The translations under genes were made by a program, and so were the position numbers. DNA of 32,805 nt from an uncultured Methanomassiliicoccales archaeon (GTDB lineage Archaea > Thermoplasmatota > Thermoplasmata > Methanomassiliicoccales > Methanomethylophilaceae), in NCBI GenBank assembly GCA_964479785.1, contig CAYZSQ010000002.1:1-32805 (forward strand). The letters are read 5' to 3'. Below are positions 9,564 through 18,547 of the stretch, one piece after another (positions within the stretch are counted from its first letter, which is position 1; every line of letters starts with the position of its first letter). The notes beneath the pieces were generated by a model. It was not told the origin of the DNA, made no database searches, and was given only the letters and a program-made list of their open reading frames with translations.

Positions 9564-9776
9564 ATGGAACGCATCGACATCAAGAAAGCGCAGGCTATTG
9601 CGAAGAACAAGGGTCTCAAACCCGGCAAAGTAAAGGGGACCGACGGGGTCCAGTTCACGAAAGGCAAGAACGACAGGCTCGACGTCATCACTTGGGAGGA
9701 GTTCGAGAAGATCCTCGCCAAGAGGAAGCTCGCCATATACGAGTCCGGCGGCTGGATGAAGATAATGAAAGCCTGA
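9564..9776 (+). CDS. Small basic hypothetical protein (70 aa)
   Basis: Lys-rich ORF MERIDIKKAQAIAKNKGLKPGKVKGT...ITWEEFEKIL... with GGGGTG RBS and strong AT-rich TATA elements (TTTTATAAA, TTTAAATA) at about 9493-9514. Confidence 0.8.
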   Translation: MERIDIKKAQAIAKNKGLKPGKVKGTDGVQFTKGKNDRLDVITWEEFEKILAKRKLAIYESGGWMKIMKA

Positions 9777-9844
9777 ACTGGGAATCGCTGGTCGGGCCAG
9801 TAACCGATATATACAGGGAGGTAATCCTGGGGTTCAGGCTCAAT

Positions 9845-9932
9845 GCAAGGGTATCCGAGCCTGGCCAAAGGAGATAGGTTCAGGGCCTATTCTCGTAGGA
9901 GTTCGAGGGTTCAAATCCCTTCCCTTGCACCA
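9845..9932 (+). tRNA. tRNA-Leu(CAG)
   Basis: GCAAGGG...ATAGG-TTCAGGG-CCTAT, long variable arm, GGTTCAAATCC, CCCTTGC-A-CCA; 88 nt. Confidence 0.96.
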
Positions 9933-10019
9933 GATTATTCCCCACAGTCCCGGCCATCCCCAGATTCGATACCGGCCATATTATCAGCCATCGAAAACCA
10001 ACCCACAGTTCTCACCCTT

Positions 10020-10056
10020 GATCCCCGGCATGTGGAAGTGAAGCATGCCGGGGATC
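10020..10056. terminator. 13-bp perfect inverted repeat between tRNA-Leu and the convergent operon
   Basis: GATCCCCGGCATG-(11 nt)-CATGCCGGGGATC. Confidence 0.5.
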
Positions 10057-10075
10057 CGGGTTCTTCCATTCGGCG

Positions 10076-10342
10076 TCAGAGCGATATTATCACGCCGATG
10101 ACGGTTATGATCAGGAGCACGGCCGCCACACCGGCCCATTTCCTGTCGCCCTCGCGGATTAGGGCGGCCAGGGACACCACGATCCCCAGGAACGGGGAGA
10201 TTATCAGGATGAGCATACCCATGTAGAGCACGGTGTCGCCCAGGCCAAGCATGGACATAGCCAGACCTGCGATTATGACCGCCAGCCCCACGTAGATCCC
10301 GATGCGGAGCATCATCGCGGTGGACCTGTTGAGGTCGAGCAT
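10076..10342 (-). CDS. Small membrane protein (DUF1634-like), partner of TauE/SafE
   Basis: Three hydrophobic segments (LRIGIYVG...GMLILIISPFLGIVVS...EGDRKWAGVA); TGATG overlap with the upstream tauE-like gene. Confidence 0.78.
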   Translation of the reverse strand: MLDLNRSTAMMLRIGIYVGLAVIIAGLAMSMLGLGDTVLYMGMLILIISPFLGIVVSLAALIREGDRKWAGVAAVLLIITVIGVIISL

Positions 10343-11166
10343 CAGATCACCCCCGCTGTCTGCAGCAGCACCAGCACCGCCATCGCGAAGAGCACCACCG
10401 AGAAGTACCTCCTCAGGTGCCTGGCGTTAATGCGCCGGGCCAGATGGGTGCCCGCCACCGAGCCGAGGAAGGCCCCTATGGCCACGCCGGCGGCGTACTC
10501 CAGCAGGACCTGGCCGGCGAGGAAGTACGTTATCGCGCCGGAGAACGCGGTGATCCCGATCATGTAGCTGCTGGTGGCACTCGCCGCCTTCATGGGGATG
10601 TGCATGTAGAGGTTCATCAGAGGGACCTTTATCGCCCCTCCCCCGACCCCGGTCATGGACGAGGCCATCCCGGCGAAGGTGCACACGGCCATGCCTCCGC
10701 CGACGTTCTGCACCTCGTATTTTATGGACTCACCGTTCGCCTGGTCCCTGTATTCGAAGCAGAGGTCGTTCTCCTCGCCCTCCTTGGGCGGGATGACCTT
10801 CTCGGGGTTCAGGATCATCCTGATGCCGCTGTAGAACATTATGGCGGCGAAGATGACCACCAGGACCCAGTCCTCCATATAGGTGGCCACCAGCGCCCCT
10901 ATTATCGCCCCTGTGGCGGTGGTTATCTCCAGCAGCAGCCCCAGGCGGACGTTCGACAGCCCCCTGTCCACGAACACAGTGGACGCGCCCACGGACCCGG
11001 CGATGATCCCGATGAGGCTGATGGCCACCGACTCCGTGGCCGACAGTCCGAACACGAGCATCAGCAGCGGCACGAAGATAACTCCGCCGCCGAGCCCGAA
11101 CAGGGCTCCGAGGACGCCGGCCCCGACGCCCATGACCAGCAGACCTATCAGAATCAGGGGATCCAT
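10342..11166 (-). CDS. Sulfite exporter TauE/SafE family membrane protein
   Basis: GALFGLGGGVIFVPLL and SSMTGVGGGAIKVPLM repeat motifs, plus PMKAASATS. Confidence 0.9.
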   Translation of the reverse strand: MDPLILIGLLVMGVGAGVLGALFGLGGGVIFVPLLMLVFGLSATESVAISLIGIIAGSVGASTVFVDRGLSNVRLGLLLEITTATGAIIGALVATYMEDWVLVVIFAAIMFYSGIRMILNPEKVIPPKEGEENDLCFEYRDQANGESIKYEVQNVGGGMAVCTFAGMASSMTGVGGGAIKVPLMNLYMHIPMKAASATSSYMIGITAFSGAITYFLAGQVLLEYAAGVAIGAFLGSVAGTHLARRINARHLRRYFSVVLFAMAVLVLLQTAGVI

Positions 11167-11238
11167 GGAGTCCCCTAACTCCTAACCCGTCCTTATCCGT
11201 TGTCATTCGTCTTAAATACATAGTGCGATGACGGGATG

Positions 11239-12555
11239 ATGGCCTTCGCAGCGTCGCTGGACCGCTTCTTCGAGATCACCGAGAGGGGATCGAACGTCAA
11301 GACCGAGATCAGGGGCGGCATACTCGTCTTCCTGTCCATGGCCTACATCATCGTGGTCAACTCCTCGATGATGGCCGCGGCCGGCATGGACCAAGCGGCG
11401 TGCTACACGGCCACCATCGTGATGGCCATCATCGGTACGCTGCTGATGGCGCTGTATGCCCGGTATCCGGTGGCGCAGGCACCGCTGATGGGCGTGAACG
11501 CGTTCTTCACATACACCATAGTGGGGGCATTGGGCTTCACATGGCAGGAGGCCCTGGTGGCCGTCCTGATATCGGGCATAGTGTTCTTCGTAATCGCCGC
11601 CAGCGGCGTGAGGAAGAAGGTGATCGACCAGATCCCCGCCAGTCTGAGATGCGGCATAACCGCAGGGATAGGATGCTTCATCGTGTTCATCGGCCTCCAG
11701 AACGCCGGAATCGTGGTGGACTCCGACACACTGGTGAGCCTGGGCGACCTGTCGGACCCGGGAGTCATCCTGGCGATGGTCTGCATCGTGCTCACTCTGT
11801 TCCTCTACGCCAGGAAGGTCACCGGTGCGATATTCATCGGGATGATCGCGACGGCGGTCCTGGGGATGGCGATAGGGGTCATCGAGATCCCGGATTCGCT
11901 GGTGTCCATGCCACAGATGCCGGAGGTCGGCGCCTTCCTGGACGGCATCTCGTCGAATCTGCTGAGCGTCGAGTTCCTGATGGTGGTCGTGTCGCTGTCC
12001 TTCGTGCAGTTCTTCGACAGCACCGGCACGCTGATGGCCACCGGCGAGAGGGCGGGGATAATCGACAAGGACGGCAACGTCCAGTGCGAGAGGGCGCTCA
12101 TCGCGGATTCGGCGACCTCGGTGATCAGCGGAGTCGTCGGCGCCACCCCCGCCGGTTCCTTCGCGGAGTCCACCGTGGGGATCGAGGCGGGGGCGAGGAC
12201 CGGGCTCGCCTCGCTGACCGTGGCGGCCCTCTTCGGCGTCGCGCTGTTCATCGGTCCCGTGTTCTCCGTCATAGACTACAGCTGCACCGTGGCGGCCATG
12301 CTGATCGTGGGCGCCGCCATGATGACCCAGCTGAAGGGCGTGGACTGGAGCGACTGGCCCGTCACCGTGTCGGTGCTGGGGTCGGTGCTGATGATGGTGC
12401 TGACCTTCTCCATCACGGACGGGATAGTGTTCGCGGTCATCTTCTACTGCGTCTGCATGGTCGGGTCCCGCAGGTGGAGGGAGGTCAGCCCGGTGCTGTA
12501 CGCCCTGGCCGTGATCTCGTTGCTGTACCTGTTCGTGGTCACGGGGTCCCTGTGA
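11239..12555 (+). CDS. NCS2/AzgA-family purine permease
   Basis: TEIRGG..FLSMAYIIVVN, APLMGVNAFFTY, FFDSTGTL, ESTVGIEAGARTGL, TFSITDGI. TTAAATA box at about 11212-11218; start 11236 or 11239. Confidence 0.92.
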   Translation: MAFAASLDRFFEITERGSNVKTEIRGGILVFLSMAYIIVVNSSMMAAAGMDQAACYTATIVMAIIGTLLMALYARYPVAQAPLMGVNAFFTYTIVGALGFTWQEALVAVLISGIVFFVIAASGVRKKVIDQIPASLRCGITAGIGCFIVFIGLQNAGIVVDSDTLVSLGDLSDPGVILAMVCIVLTLFLYARKVTGAIFIGMIATAVLGMAIGVIEIPDSLVSMPQMPEVGAFLDGISSNLLSVEFLMVVVSLSFVQFFDSTGTLMATGERAGIIDKDGNVQCERALIADSATSVISGVVGATPAGSFAESTVGIEAGARTGLASLTVAALFGVALFIGPVFSVIDYSCTVAAMLIVGAAMMTQLKGVDWSDWPVTVSVLGSVLMMVLTFSITDGIVFAVIFYCVCMVGSRRWREVSPVLYALAVISLLYLFVVTGSL

Positions 12556-12591
12556 CGGCATCATTATAACCGGCCATCCCATCGTCGGAGC

Positions 12592-13428
12592 GTGTCCGTA
12601 CTCCTGGTAAGATACTCCGAGATAGGCCTGAAGAGCGCCCCCGTCCGCAAGAGGTTCGAGAGCATACTCAAGGACAACATGCTGACGATGCTCATGGAGG
12701 ACGGCGTGGAGGCGCTGGTCACCAAGAACGGCGCCAGATTCTACGTGGAGTCCTCCGATGCGGATGCGGCGGTGGCGTCGCTGCGCAGGGTGTTCGGCAT
12801 AGGATCCATCTCCGTCGCCGAGGAGTGCGCATCCTCCAGGATGGAGGACGTCTGCGCCAAGGCCGCCGAGTACTCGCTGCCCAGGCTGTCGGAGGGGCAG
12901 ACCTTCGCGGTCAGCGCCCGCAGGGAGGGGTCCCAGGGGTACACCAGCATGGACGTGGGCAGGGAGGCCGGGGCGGCCATCTTCCTGGCCAACGAGCACA
13001 AGGGCGTGAGGGTGGACCTGACGGACCCGGACGTGACGTTCTATGTGGAGGTCCGCGAGAACCGGGCCTTCGTGTTCGGGGACTACGTGAGGTGCCACGC
13101 CGGGCTCCCGGCGGGCAGCCAGGGGAGGGTCCTGGCGAGGGTCGAGGACGAGAGGGGGATGGTGTCCGCCTGGCTCATGATGAAGCGCGGATGCAGGGTC
13201 GTCGCCGGCGGCGACGGATCGCTGATCTCCCTGCTGCGCAGGTACGACCCCCTGCTCAGGACCGGTGACGACAGCCCGCAGGCGCTGGGCGTGGTCCTGG
13301 GGACCTCCTTGGAGGAGCTGGACTCCGTCGACGTGTCGGCCTACGACGTCCCGGTGTACTTCCCGACCATGGGGATGTCCGACCGGGAGGTCTCGGACCT
13401 GGCGGACATCATCAGGGCGGGGCTCTGA
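12592..13428 (+). CDS. thiI: ThiI-like THUMP-domain protein with degenerate, truncated PP-loop domain
   Basis: VRYSEIGLKS..VRKRFE, THUMP segment (VFGIGSIS, TFAVSARR, VDLTDPD), GLPAGSQGR, AWLMMKRGC. SGGIDS is missing. GTG start. Confidence 0.82.
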   Translation: MSVLLVRYSEIGLKSAPVRKRFESILKDNMLTMLMEDGVEALVTKNGARFYVESSDADAAVASLRRVFGIGSISVAEECASSRMEDVCAKAAEYSLPRLSEGQTFAVSARREGSQGYTSMDVGREAGAAIFLANEHKGVRVDLTDPDVTFYVEVRENRAFVFGDYVRCHAGLPAGSQGRVLARVEDERGMVSAWLMMKRGCRVVAGGDGSLISLLRRYDPLLRTGDDSPQALGVVLGTSLEELDSVDVSAYDVPVYFPTMGMSDREVSDLADIIRAGL

Positions 13429-13504
13429 CGGCGGGATACGATCCCTTGGCATCGGTGCGCCTCGTGCGCGGTCGATGGATTCTCAGATCGGATGACAGAA
13501 TGTC

Positions 13505-13522
13505 CCGCCCCCGAGGGGGCGG
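13505..13522. terminator. GC hairpin downstream of rpl15e / thiI-like gene
   Basis: CCGCCCC-CGAG-GGGGCGG between convergent stops. Confidence 0.4.
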
Positions 13523-13545
13523 TAATGGGTTTCATGACAGGAATC

Positions 13546-14169
13546 TCACTTGATCCTTCTCTGGTTGGCCCTGACGGAAGGCCTGGCCTTCTCGGCACCC
13601 TTTCCGGTGTGCCTCATACCACGGCCCTTCTGGCCAGCAGAGGTCTTTCCGCGGTAGACGCGGTTCTTGTGAGCGTCGTCGCAGATCCAGTTGATCTTGG
13701 GGTCGGCCTTGATGACGGGGTGCGCCGGGTCCACGAGGATGACCTCGTACCACTCCTGCTGTCCGTCCGCCCCGACCCAATAGGAGTTCAGGACCTCCAG
13801 GTTGGGGTACCTCTTGGCGGTCCTCTCCTCGGCCATCCTCTGGAGGGACTTGCCGACGGTGATCTGGTTGATCCCCTTCCTCTTGGCCCTCCTACCTGTG
13901 ACGATGGCCCTCTTCTGGAAGCTTCCCTTCCTGACCCTGGCCCTGACGATGACGTAGCCCTGCTTGGCCCTGTATCCGAGGGCCCTGGCCCTGTCGAGCC
14001 TGGTGGGCTTGTCGATGCGCAGGAAGTTCTCCTCCTTCCTCCACTGGATCCTGCGCTCGTAGTTGAGCGCCTTCACGTAGGATTTCGAGGGGACGTTCCA
14101 GGCGTCCGCGATGTAGCTGTACATGCTCTTCCCGTTGACCGGGCGTGTCTCCTGAGTCTCTTCGCTCAT
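13546..14169 (-). CDS. rpl15e: 50S ribosomal protein eL15
   Basis: MYSYIADAW...[21 protein letters not shown]...[21 protein letters not shown]...[10 protein letters not shown]...RGKTSAG. GGTGA RBS before ATG 14169. Confidence 0.97.
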   Translation of the reverse strand: MSEETQETRPVNGKSMYSYIADAWNVPSKSYVKALNYERRIQWRKEENFLRIDKPTRLDRARALGYRAKQGYVIVRARVRKGSFQKRAIVTGRRAKRKGINQITVGKSLQRMAEERTAKRYPNLEVLNSYWVGADGQQEWYEVILVDPAHPVIKADPKINWICDDAHKNRVYRGKTSAGQKGRGMRHTGKGAEKARPSVRANQRRIK

Positions 14170-14174
14170 TTGCA

Positions 14175-14238
14175 TCACCTTTACGGATTCACCTTCACGG
14201 CACATTTCCGTTCGTGCGGCTAAGCGCCGCACAGACTG
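14175..14238 (-). promoter_or_regulatory. Structured 5' leader of rpl15e (candidate eL15 autoregulatory leader)
   Basis: Hairpin GTGCGGC-GCTTA-GCCGCAC (14214-14232) plus an ACGGA...TCCGT stem (14183-14211), lying between the CTTAAATAG box (14253-14261) and the RBS. Confidence 0.55.
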
Positions 14239-14291
14239 CCCATGGGCATCATCTATTTAAGAGGTATCATCCCGGAGCATCGGTCGCGGCG

Positions 14292-14897
14292 TCGGCGGAA
14301 CGGCTCCGTGCACCCGTTGCGGAAGCAGGTCTCGCCGATGGGTTTCCTGGCACCGGACATCCCGGCATGTCCCGCGTCCTCCGCGGGGTGCCCCACGTGC
14401 AGCAGGCACACCGGCCTCCAGCCGGCGGGGATCCCCAGGACCTCCCTGGCGCGGTCGAAGTCGAAGTAGCTGACCCAGGCGGTCCCCAGGCCCAGGCTCA
14501 CCGCCTCCATCATCATGTTCACCGCCACTATGGTGGCGTCCACCAGCCCGCTGGACTCCCCGGTCTCGGGATGGTGCCAGCAGGCATCCTCGTCGTAGCA
14601 CACCATGAGAACGGTCGGGGCCCCGTAGTAGTACACGTTCCTGCCCCCGGCCTCGTCGGCGCACTCCTTCGCAAGGCCGGCGTACTTGGCGTCGTACCCG
14701 AAGGTGCAGAACCCCTCCACGTCGGCCAGCCTCTCCGGGCTGTCCAGCACCAGGATCCTCTGGGGCTGGGCGTTCACGGCGGTGGGGGCCCAGCGCCCCG
14801 CCTCCAATATCCTCTCGAGGTCCGCCTCGTCCACGGGCCGCCGGTCGTACCTCCTGACGGTCCGCCTGCGCCTCGAGATCTCCATGTAGTCGCTCAA
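14292..14897 (-). CDS. Nitroreductase family protein
   Basis: RRTVRRY, ILEAGRWAPTAVNAQP, DATIVAVNMMMEAVSLGLGTAWV, LHVGHPA, RKP. TTG start. First CGA at 14292-14294 (201 aa); standard-code stop is TAG 14253, inside the rpl15e TATA box. Confidence 0.9.
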
Positions 14898-14998
14898 TCC
14901 ATCACCACCACGATCTTCCCGTCCGTCACGCCGTCCAGGACCGTCTCGTCCGCATCGGACATCAGGGGGAGCTCGGACTCCATGTGGGTGGTGGTCAT
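14894..14998 (-). CDS. Putative 34-aa acidic small protein
   Basis: MTTTHMESELPLMSDADETVLDGVTDGKIVVVMD. GAGGAGG RBS; its TGA overlaps the nitroreductase TTG (TTGA); it fills the gap between the two genes exactly. Confidence 0.5.
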   Translation of the reverse strand: MTTTHMESELPLMSDADETVLDGVTDGKIVVVMD

Positions 14999-15003
14999 CG
15001 CCC

Positions 15004-16560
15004 TCGCCTCCTCTCGTAGGGCTTCGCCGCGGCCGCGGAGGGCACCTCGATGCCGAGTGCGTCGAACATCAGCTTCTGGTCGTAGTTCGGCGGGTTGACG
15101 TGGGGCCTCCCGTTCACCAGGAAGGCCTTCATGTCCGAGGCCGCGGAGATCGCGTCCAGATAGTTCATGCGACCGGCCAGCTCCGAGCCCTCCACCGCCT
15201 GGATGAGGGCCGACTTCATCACCGAGCCGAAGAAGTCCCCCATCATGGACGCGACCGCTATGTCGTTGGACGGGAACAGCGACGAACCCCCCTGCAGGTC
15301 GGTCCTGAAGATCGTCCAGTCCTGCTCGTAGTGTCCGCTCCTCTCGATCAGGCCGATGATGCTGTCGATGTCGTACGCCGAGTTGGAGACCACGGCATTC
15401 ATCCCGAATATCGACTCCTGGTGGGCGATCTCCTCCGTGTCGCGCACGACGACCACGCCCCCGTCCTCGCCCCTCTCCAGGCGGAAGAACCTCATCAGGT
15501 CGTCGAACCCGTACTCGGCGACGACGCGGTTCTCGATGGAGTGGTCCCATCTCATGCGGGACACGGTGTTCTCGAACTGGCGGAGCTTCGAGTAGAACGC
15601 CACCGTGCGTTCCTCGTGGATCATGGTGTTCAACACCAGGTACACGTCGCAGCGGTTCAGCCCGAATGCGCGCTCCATCCTGGTCACGTGGTAGAGCACC
15701 CCGTCGTGGACGACGCTCTCGAAGCGGTCCGGCTCTTGCTCCGCGGCCAGGTCGCGGGTGAGCCGGGACTCGGACTTGTTGAAGACGATGGTGCTGTAGT
15801 CGGTCCCCAGGTAGGCCTCGATGTCGGTCTCGTCGTAGTCCCCGTCGATGAGGCAGAACGTCACGTCGTCCAGGCCCATGTCCGAGAGGTCCCCGGCGAT
15901 GGTCTTCAGGGTGCTGCGGTCCGTCCCGGCGTAGTTCGCCATCCTGAAGTAGAAGGGCAGCCCGGATGTGGTGCTCAGCGCCATGAACAGGCTCTTCCTC
16001 GGGAACTCGTCGAAGGAGAAGTGGCTCCTGGTCCCGAACAGCTTGTACACATTGATGGGGACCTTGAGGGCGTTGATCTCGTACACGACGGCCGACCTGC
16101 CCCTGGCAAGCCTCCTGAACACCTCGTAGCGGTGGCGGTACACCGTGGTCAGCATGTTCATGTACCCGCCCAGGCTCATCGGGGACGCGTCCGGCTGCAG
16201 CTCGAAGAACTGGGGGAGCACCGACGACCTTATCGCCTGGGGGGCCTGGGTCGGGGGGCAGTTGCGCAGCGCCCTCATGACCGAGTAGCTGAACACGAAC
16301 TTGGCGCTGTCCTCGCCGTACACCTCGCACATGGCGTCCCACAGCCCGCATCTGACGCATATGTTGAACATGAGGTAGTACTCGCCCATGTCCCTGCAGT
16401 CGACCGTGACCGATCCGGCGGACACCAGGTTGCCGTCCTTGTCGCACTTGCCGATGTACCTGCGCTTCTGCTTCGAGCGCTTGGTCTCGGGGTCCCACTC
16501 GGCGGTCACCTCATAGAGGTAGTAGTTGCCCCGTATCTTCTGCACGACATTATACGACAT
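15004..16560 (-). CDS. Transposase-derived protein (IS1634/IS4-like fold), catalytic motifs degenerate
   Basis: N-terminus YYLYEVTAEWDPETKRSKQKRRYIGK, GLPFYFR...G.D..TL, C-terminal QKLMFDALGI. DDE-region motifs are altered. Ends CGA-GGG-CGA-TGA (standard end 14995). No terminal inverted repeats seen. Confidence 0.7.
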
Positions 16561-16723
16561 AATAACGAGCGATGTGATTAACAGTTATTAACATTATTGC
16601 ACATGAATGAATGCCAGACCTACGAACGATATGCCGTCTGCGCAATAACGATGTTATCATGACATCGGTGTTTACCACTATCCCATCCATCCAATCTCAC
16701 AGAAACACGATGGAGTGAACCGA

Positions 16724-18538
16724 ATGGATCAGACACTGAACGAAGTTAAGGAGTGCATCACGAAGTACCGCTACAAGGACATCGTCCCAGCGGTGAACAA
16801 GGCCCTGTCCGAGGGCTACAGCGCCGAGCGGATCCTCGACGAGGGGATGATCGCCGGCATGAACGAGATCGGCGAGGGCTTCAGGAACAACACCATCTAC
16901 ATGCCGCAGATGCTCGTGGCCGCCAAGACCATGCAGGCCGGCCTGGACGTCCTCAATCCCAAGCTCGCGGGCCCCGGCGAGGGCGGCGACAGGGGCAAGG
17001 CCATCATCGGGTCCGTCATGGGGGACGTCCACGACATCGGGAAGAACCTGGTCACCGTCATGCTGCAGGGATCCGGCATGGACTGCATCGACCTCGGAGC
17101 CGACGTGCCCCCGGAGGCCTTCGTCTCCGCCCTCGACGGGAACCCCGACACCAGGATCATCGCCTGCTCCTCGTCCATGACCCCCACCCGCGAGGCCCTG
17201 AGGGAGACGGTCACCAGGCTGAACGTCAGGGACGACAGGAAGGACTTCGCCGTCTTCGTCGGCGGAGCGACCATGGACCAGATGTTCAGCGACGAGATCG
17301 GCGCGGACATATACACCAGGGAGGCCGCCACGGCCGCGGACAGGGCCAAGTCCCTGCTCGGCGGATGCCCGATGTCCAAGCTGTCCGAGGAGTCCAGGAA
17401 GGCCGCCCTCGAGGAGATGAAGACCGTCGAGAACGAGGTCAGGAGGGAGGAGTCCACCGGGAAGGACCTCCGCCACATGATGCCGCCGGCGATCAGGGCC
17501 CTCAGGGACGCGGGCGAGTACGACAGGCCCAGGATGACCATCTGGGAGAACCTGCAGGAGTGGCTCAAGCACGACCAGGGCGTCCCGGACGCGTTCCTGA
17601 ACCAGTACTTCTTCGACGTCCTGTTCGACCCCGTCATGGCCAACTCCAGGAACCTGAAGGACGAGTTCATCGAGCCCCAGCCCCAGTACGTCGACGGATG
17701 GGGGGTCACCCACCTGATCCCGCCTGGATCCGCCGGGTCCCACCCGTCCGAGGACCCCGACCTCCTGGTGATCAAGGACATCACCAGGTGGAGGGAGCAG
17801 GTCCGCGAGCAGCCCACCACCGAGATGCCGGAGGAGGCCTGGGCCATGTCCGACCAGCAGGCCAAGGCCGCCCGCGAGGCCGGCAGGCCCATAGCCATCC
17901 CGATGTTCCCCGGGCTGTTCGAGAGGACCCACTTCCTCATGGGCATGAACGCGGCCCTCACCGCGTACTACGAGCACCCCGACGAGATGCACGAGCTCAT
18001 CGACTGGATCGCCGACTGGGAGTGCAGGGCGCTGGACGCCACCATGGGCAGGTACCACGCCGAGATACTGTTCCACCACGACGACTGGGGGACCGCCATC
18101 AACTCGTTCCTCGACCCGGAGACCCACAGGGAGTTCTTCCTCAAGCCCTACAAGAGGGTCTTCGACCACTTCAGGGAGCTGGGCGGAAAGGTCGTCGTCC
18201 ACCACTCCGACAGCTACGCCGCCAACCTCGTCCCGATCCAGATCGAGATGGGGGCGGACATCTGGCAGGGCCCCGTCAGCGAAAACAACATCCCCGAGCT
18301 GATCGACAAGTACGGGGACCGCTTCATCTTCATGGGCGGGATCGACAACGCGATCATCGACAGGCCCGGCTTCACCGACGAGGGCGTCGAGGCCTTCGTC
18401 AGGCAGAGGATCGAGCAGAACGGGTGCCGCAGCTACATCCCGTGCCAGACCAGGGGCCTGGGCCTGTCCATCGTCCCCGGCGTGTACGACTCCATCTCGA
18501 AGGCCATCGACAAGATATCCCACGAGAGGTTCGACTGA
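16724..18538 (+). CDS. Fusion of corrinoid (B12-binding, MtaC/MtbC-like) protein and UroD/MtaA-superfamily methyltransferase domain
   Basis: Cap domain (GMNEIGEGF...YMPQMLVAAKTM) and B12 motifs GDVHDIGKNLV...DLGADVPPE...VGGA. C-terminal DGWGV, GLFERTHFLMG, HDDWG, HHSDS, FMGGID. GGAGTGA RBS; the codon immediately before ATG 16724 is CGA. Confidence 0.88.
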   Translation: MDQTLNEVKECITKYRYKDIVPAVNKALSEGYSAERILDEGMIAGMNEIGEGFRNNTIYMPQMLVAAKTMQAGLDVLNPKLAGPGEGGDRGKAIIGSVMGDVHDIGKNLVTVMLQGSGMDCIDLGADVPPEAFVSALDGNPDTRIIACSSSMTPTREALRETVTRLNVRDDRKDFAVFVGGATMDQMFSDEIGADIYTREAATAADRAKSLLGGCPMSKLSEESRKAALEEMKTVENEVRREESTGKDLRHMMPPAIRALRDAGEYDRPRMTIWENLQEWLKHDQGVPDAFLNQYFFDVLFDPVMANSRNLKDEFIEPQPQYVDGWGVTHLIPPGSAGSHPSEDPDLLVIKDITRWREQVREQPTTEMPEEAWAMSDQQAKAAREAGRPIAIPMFPGLFERTHFLMGMNAALTAYYEHPDEMHELIDWIADWECRALDATMGRYHAEILFHHDDWGTAINSFLDPETHREFFLKPYKRVFDHFRELGGKVVVHHSDSYAANLVPIQIEMGADIWQGPVSENNIPELIDKYGDRFIFMGGIDNAIIDRPGFTDEGVEAFVRQRIEQNGCRSYIPCQTRGLGLSIVPGVYDSISKAIDKISHERFD

Positions 18539-18547
18539 GGCGGACCG

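Noticed and set aside
14894-16600. Active insertion sequence
   Set aside because: No terminal inverted repeats or target-site duplication found, catalytic motifs are degenerate and codon usage is host-like. Reported as a transposase-derived CDS instead.
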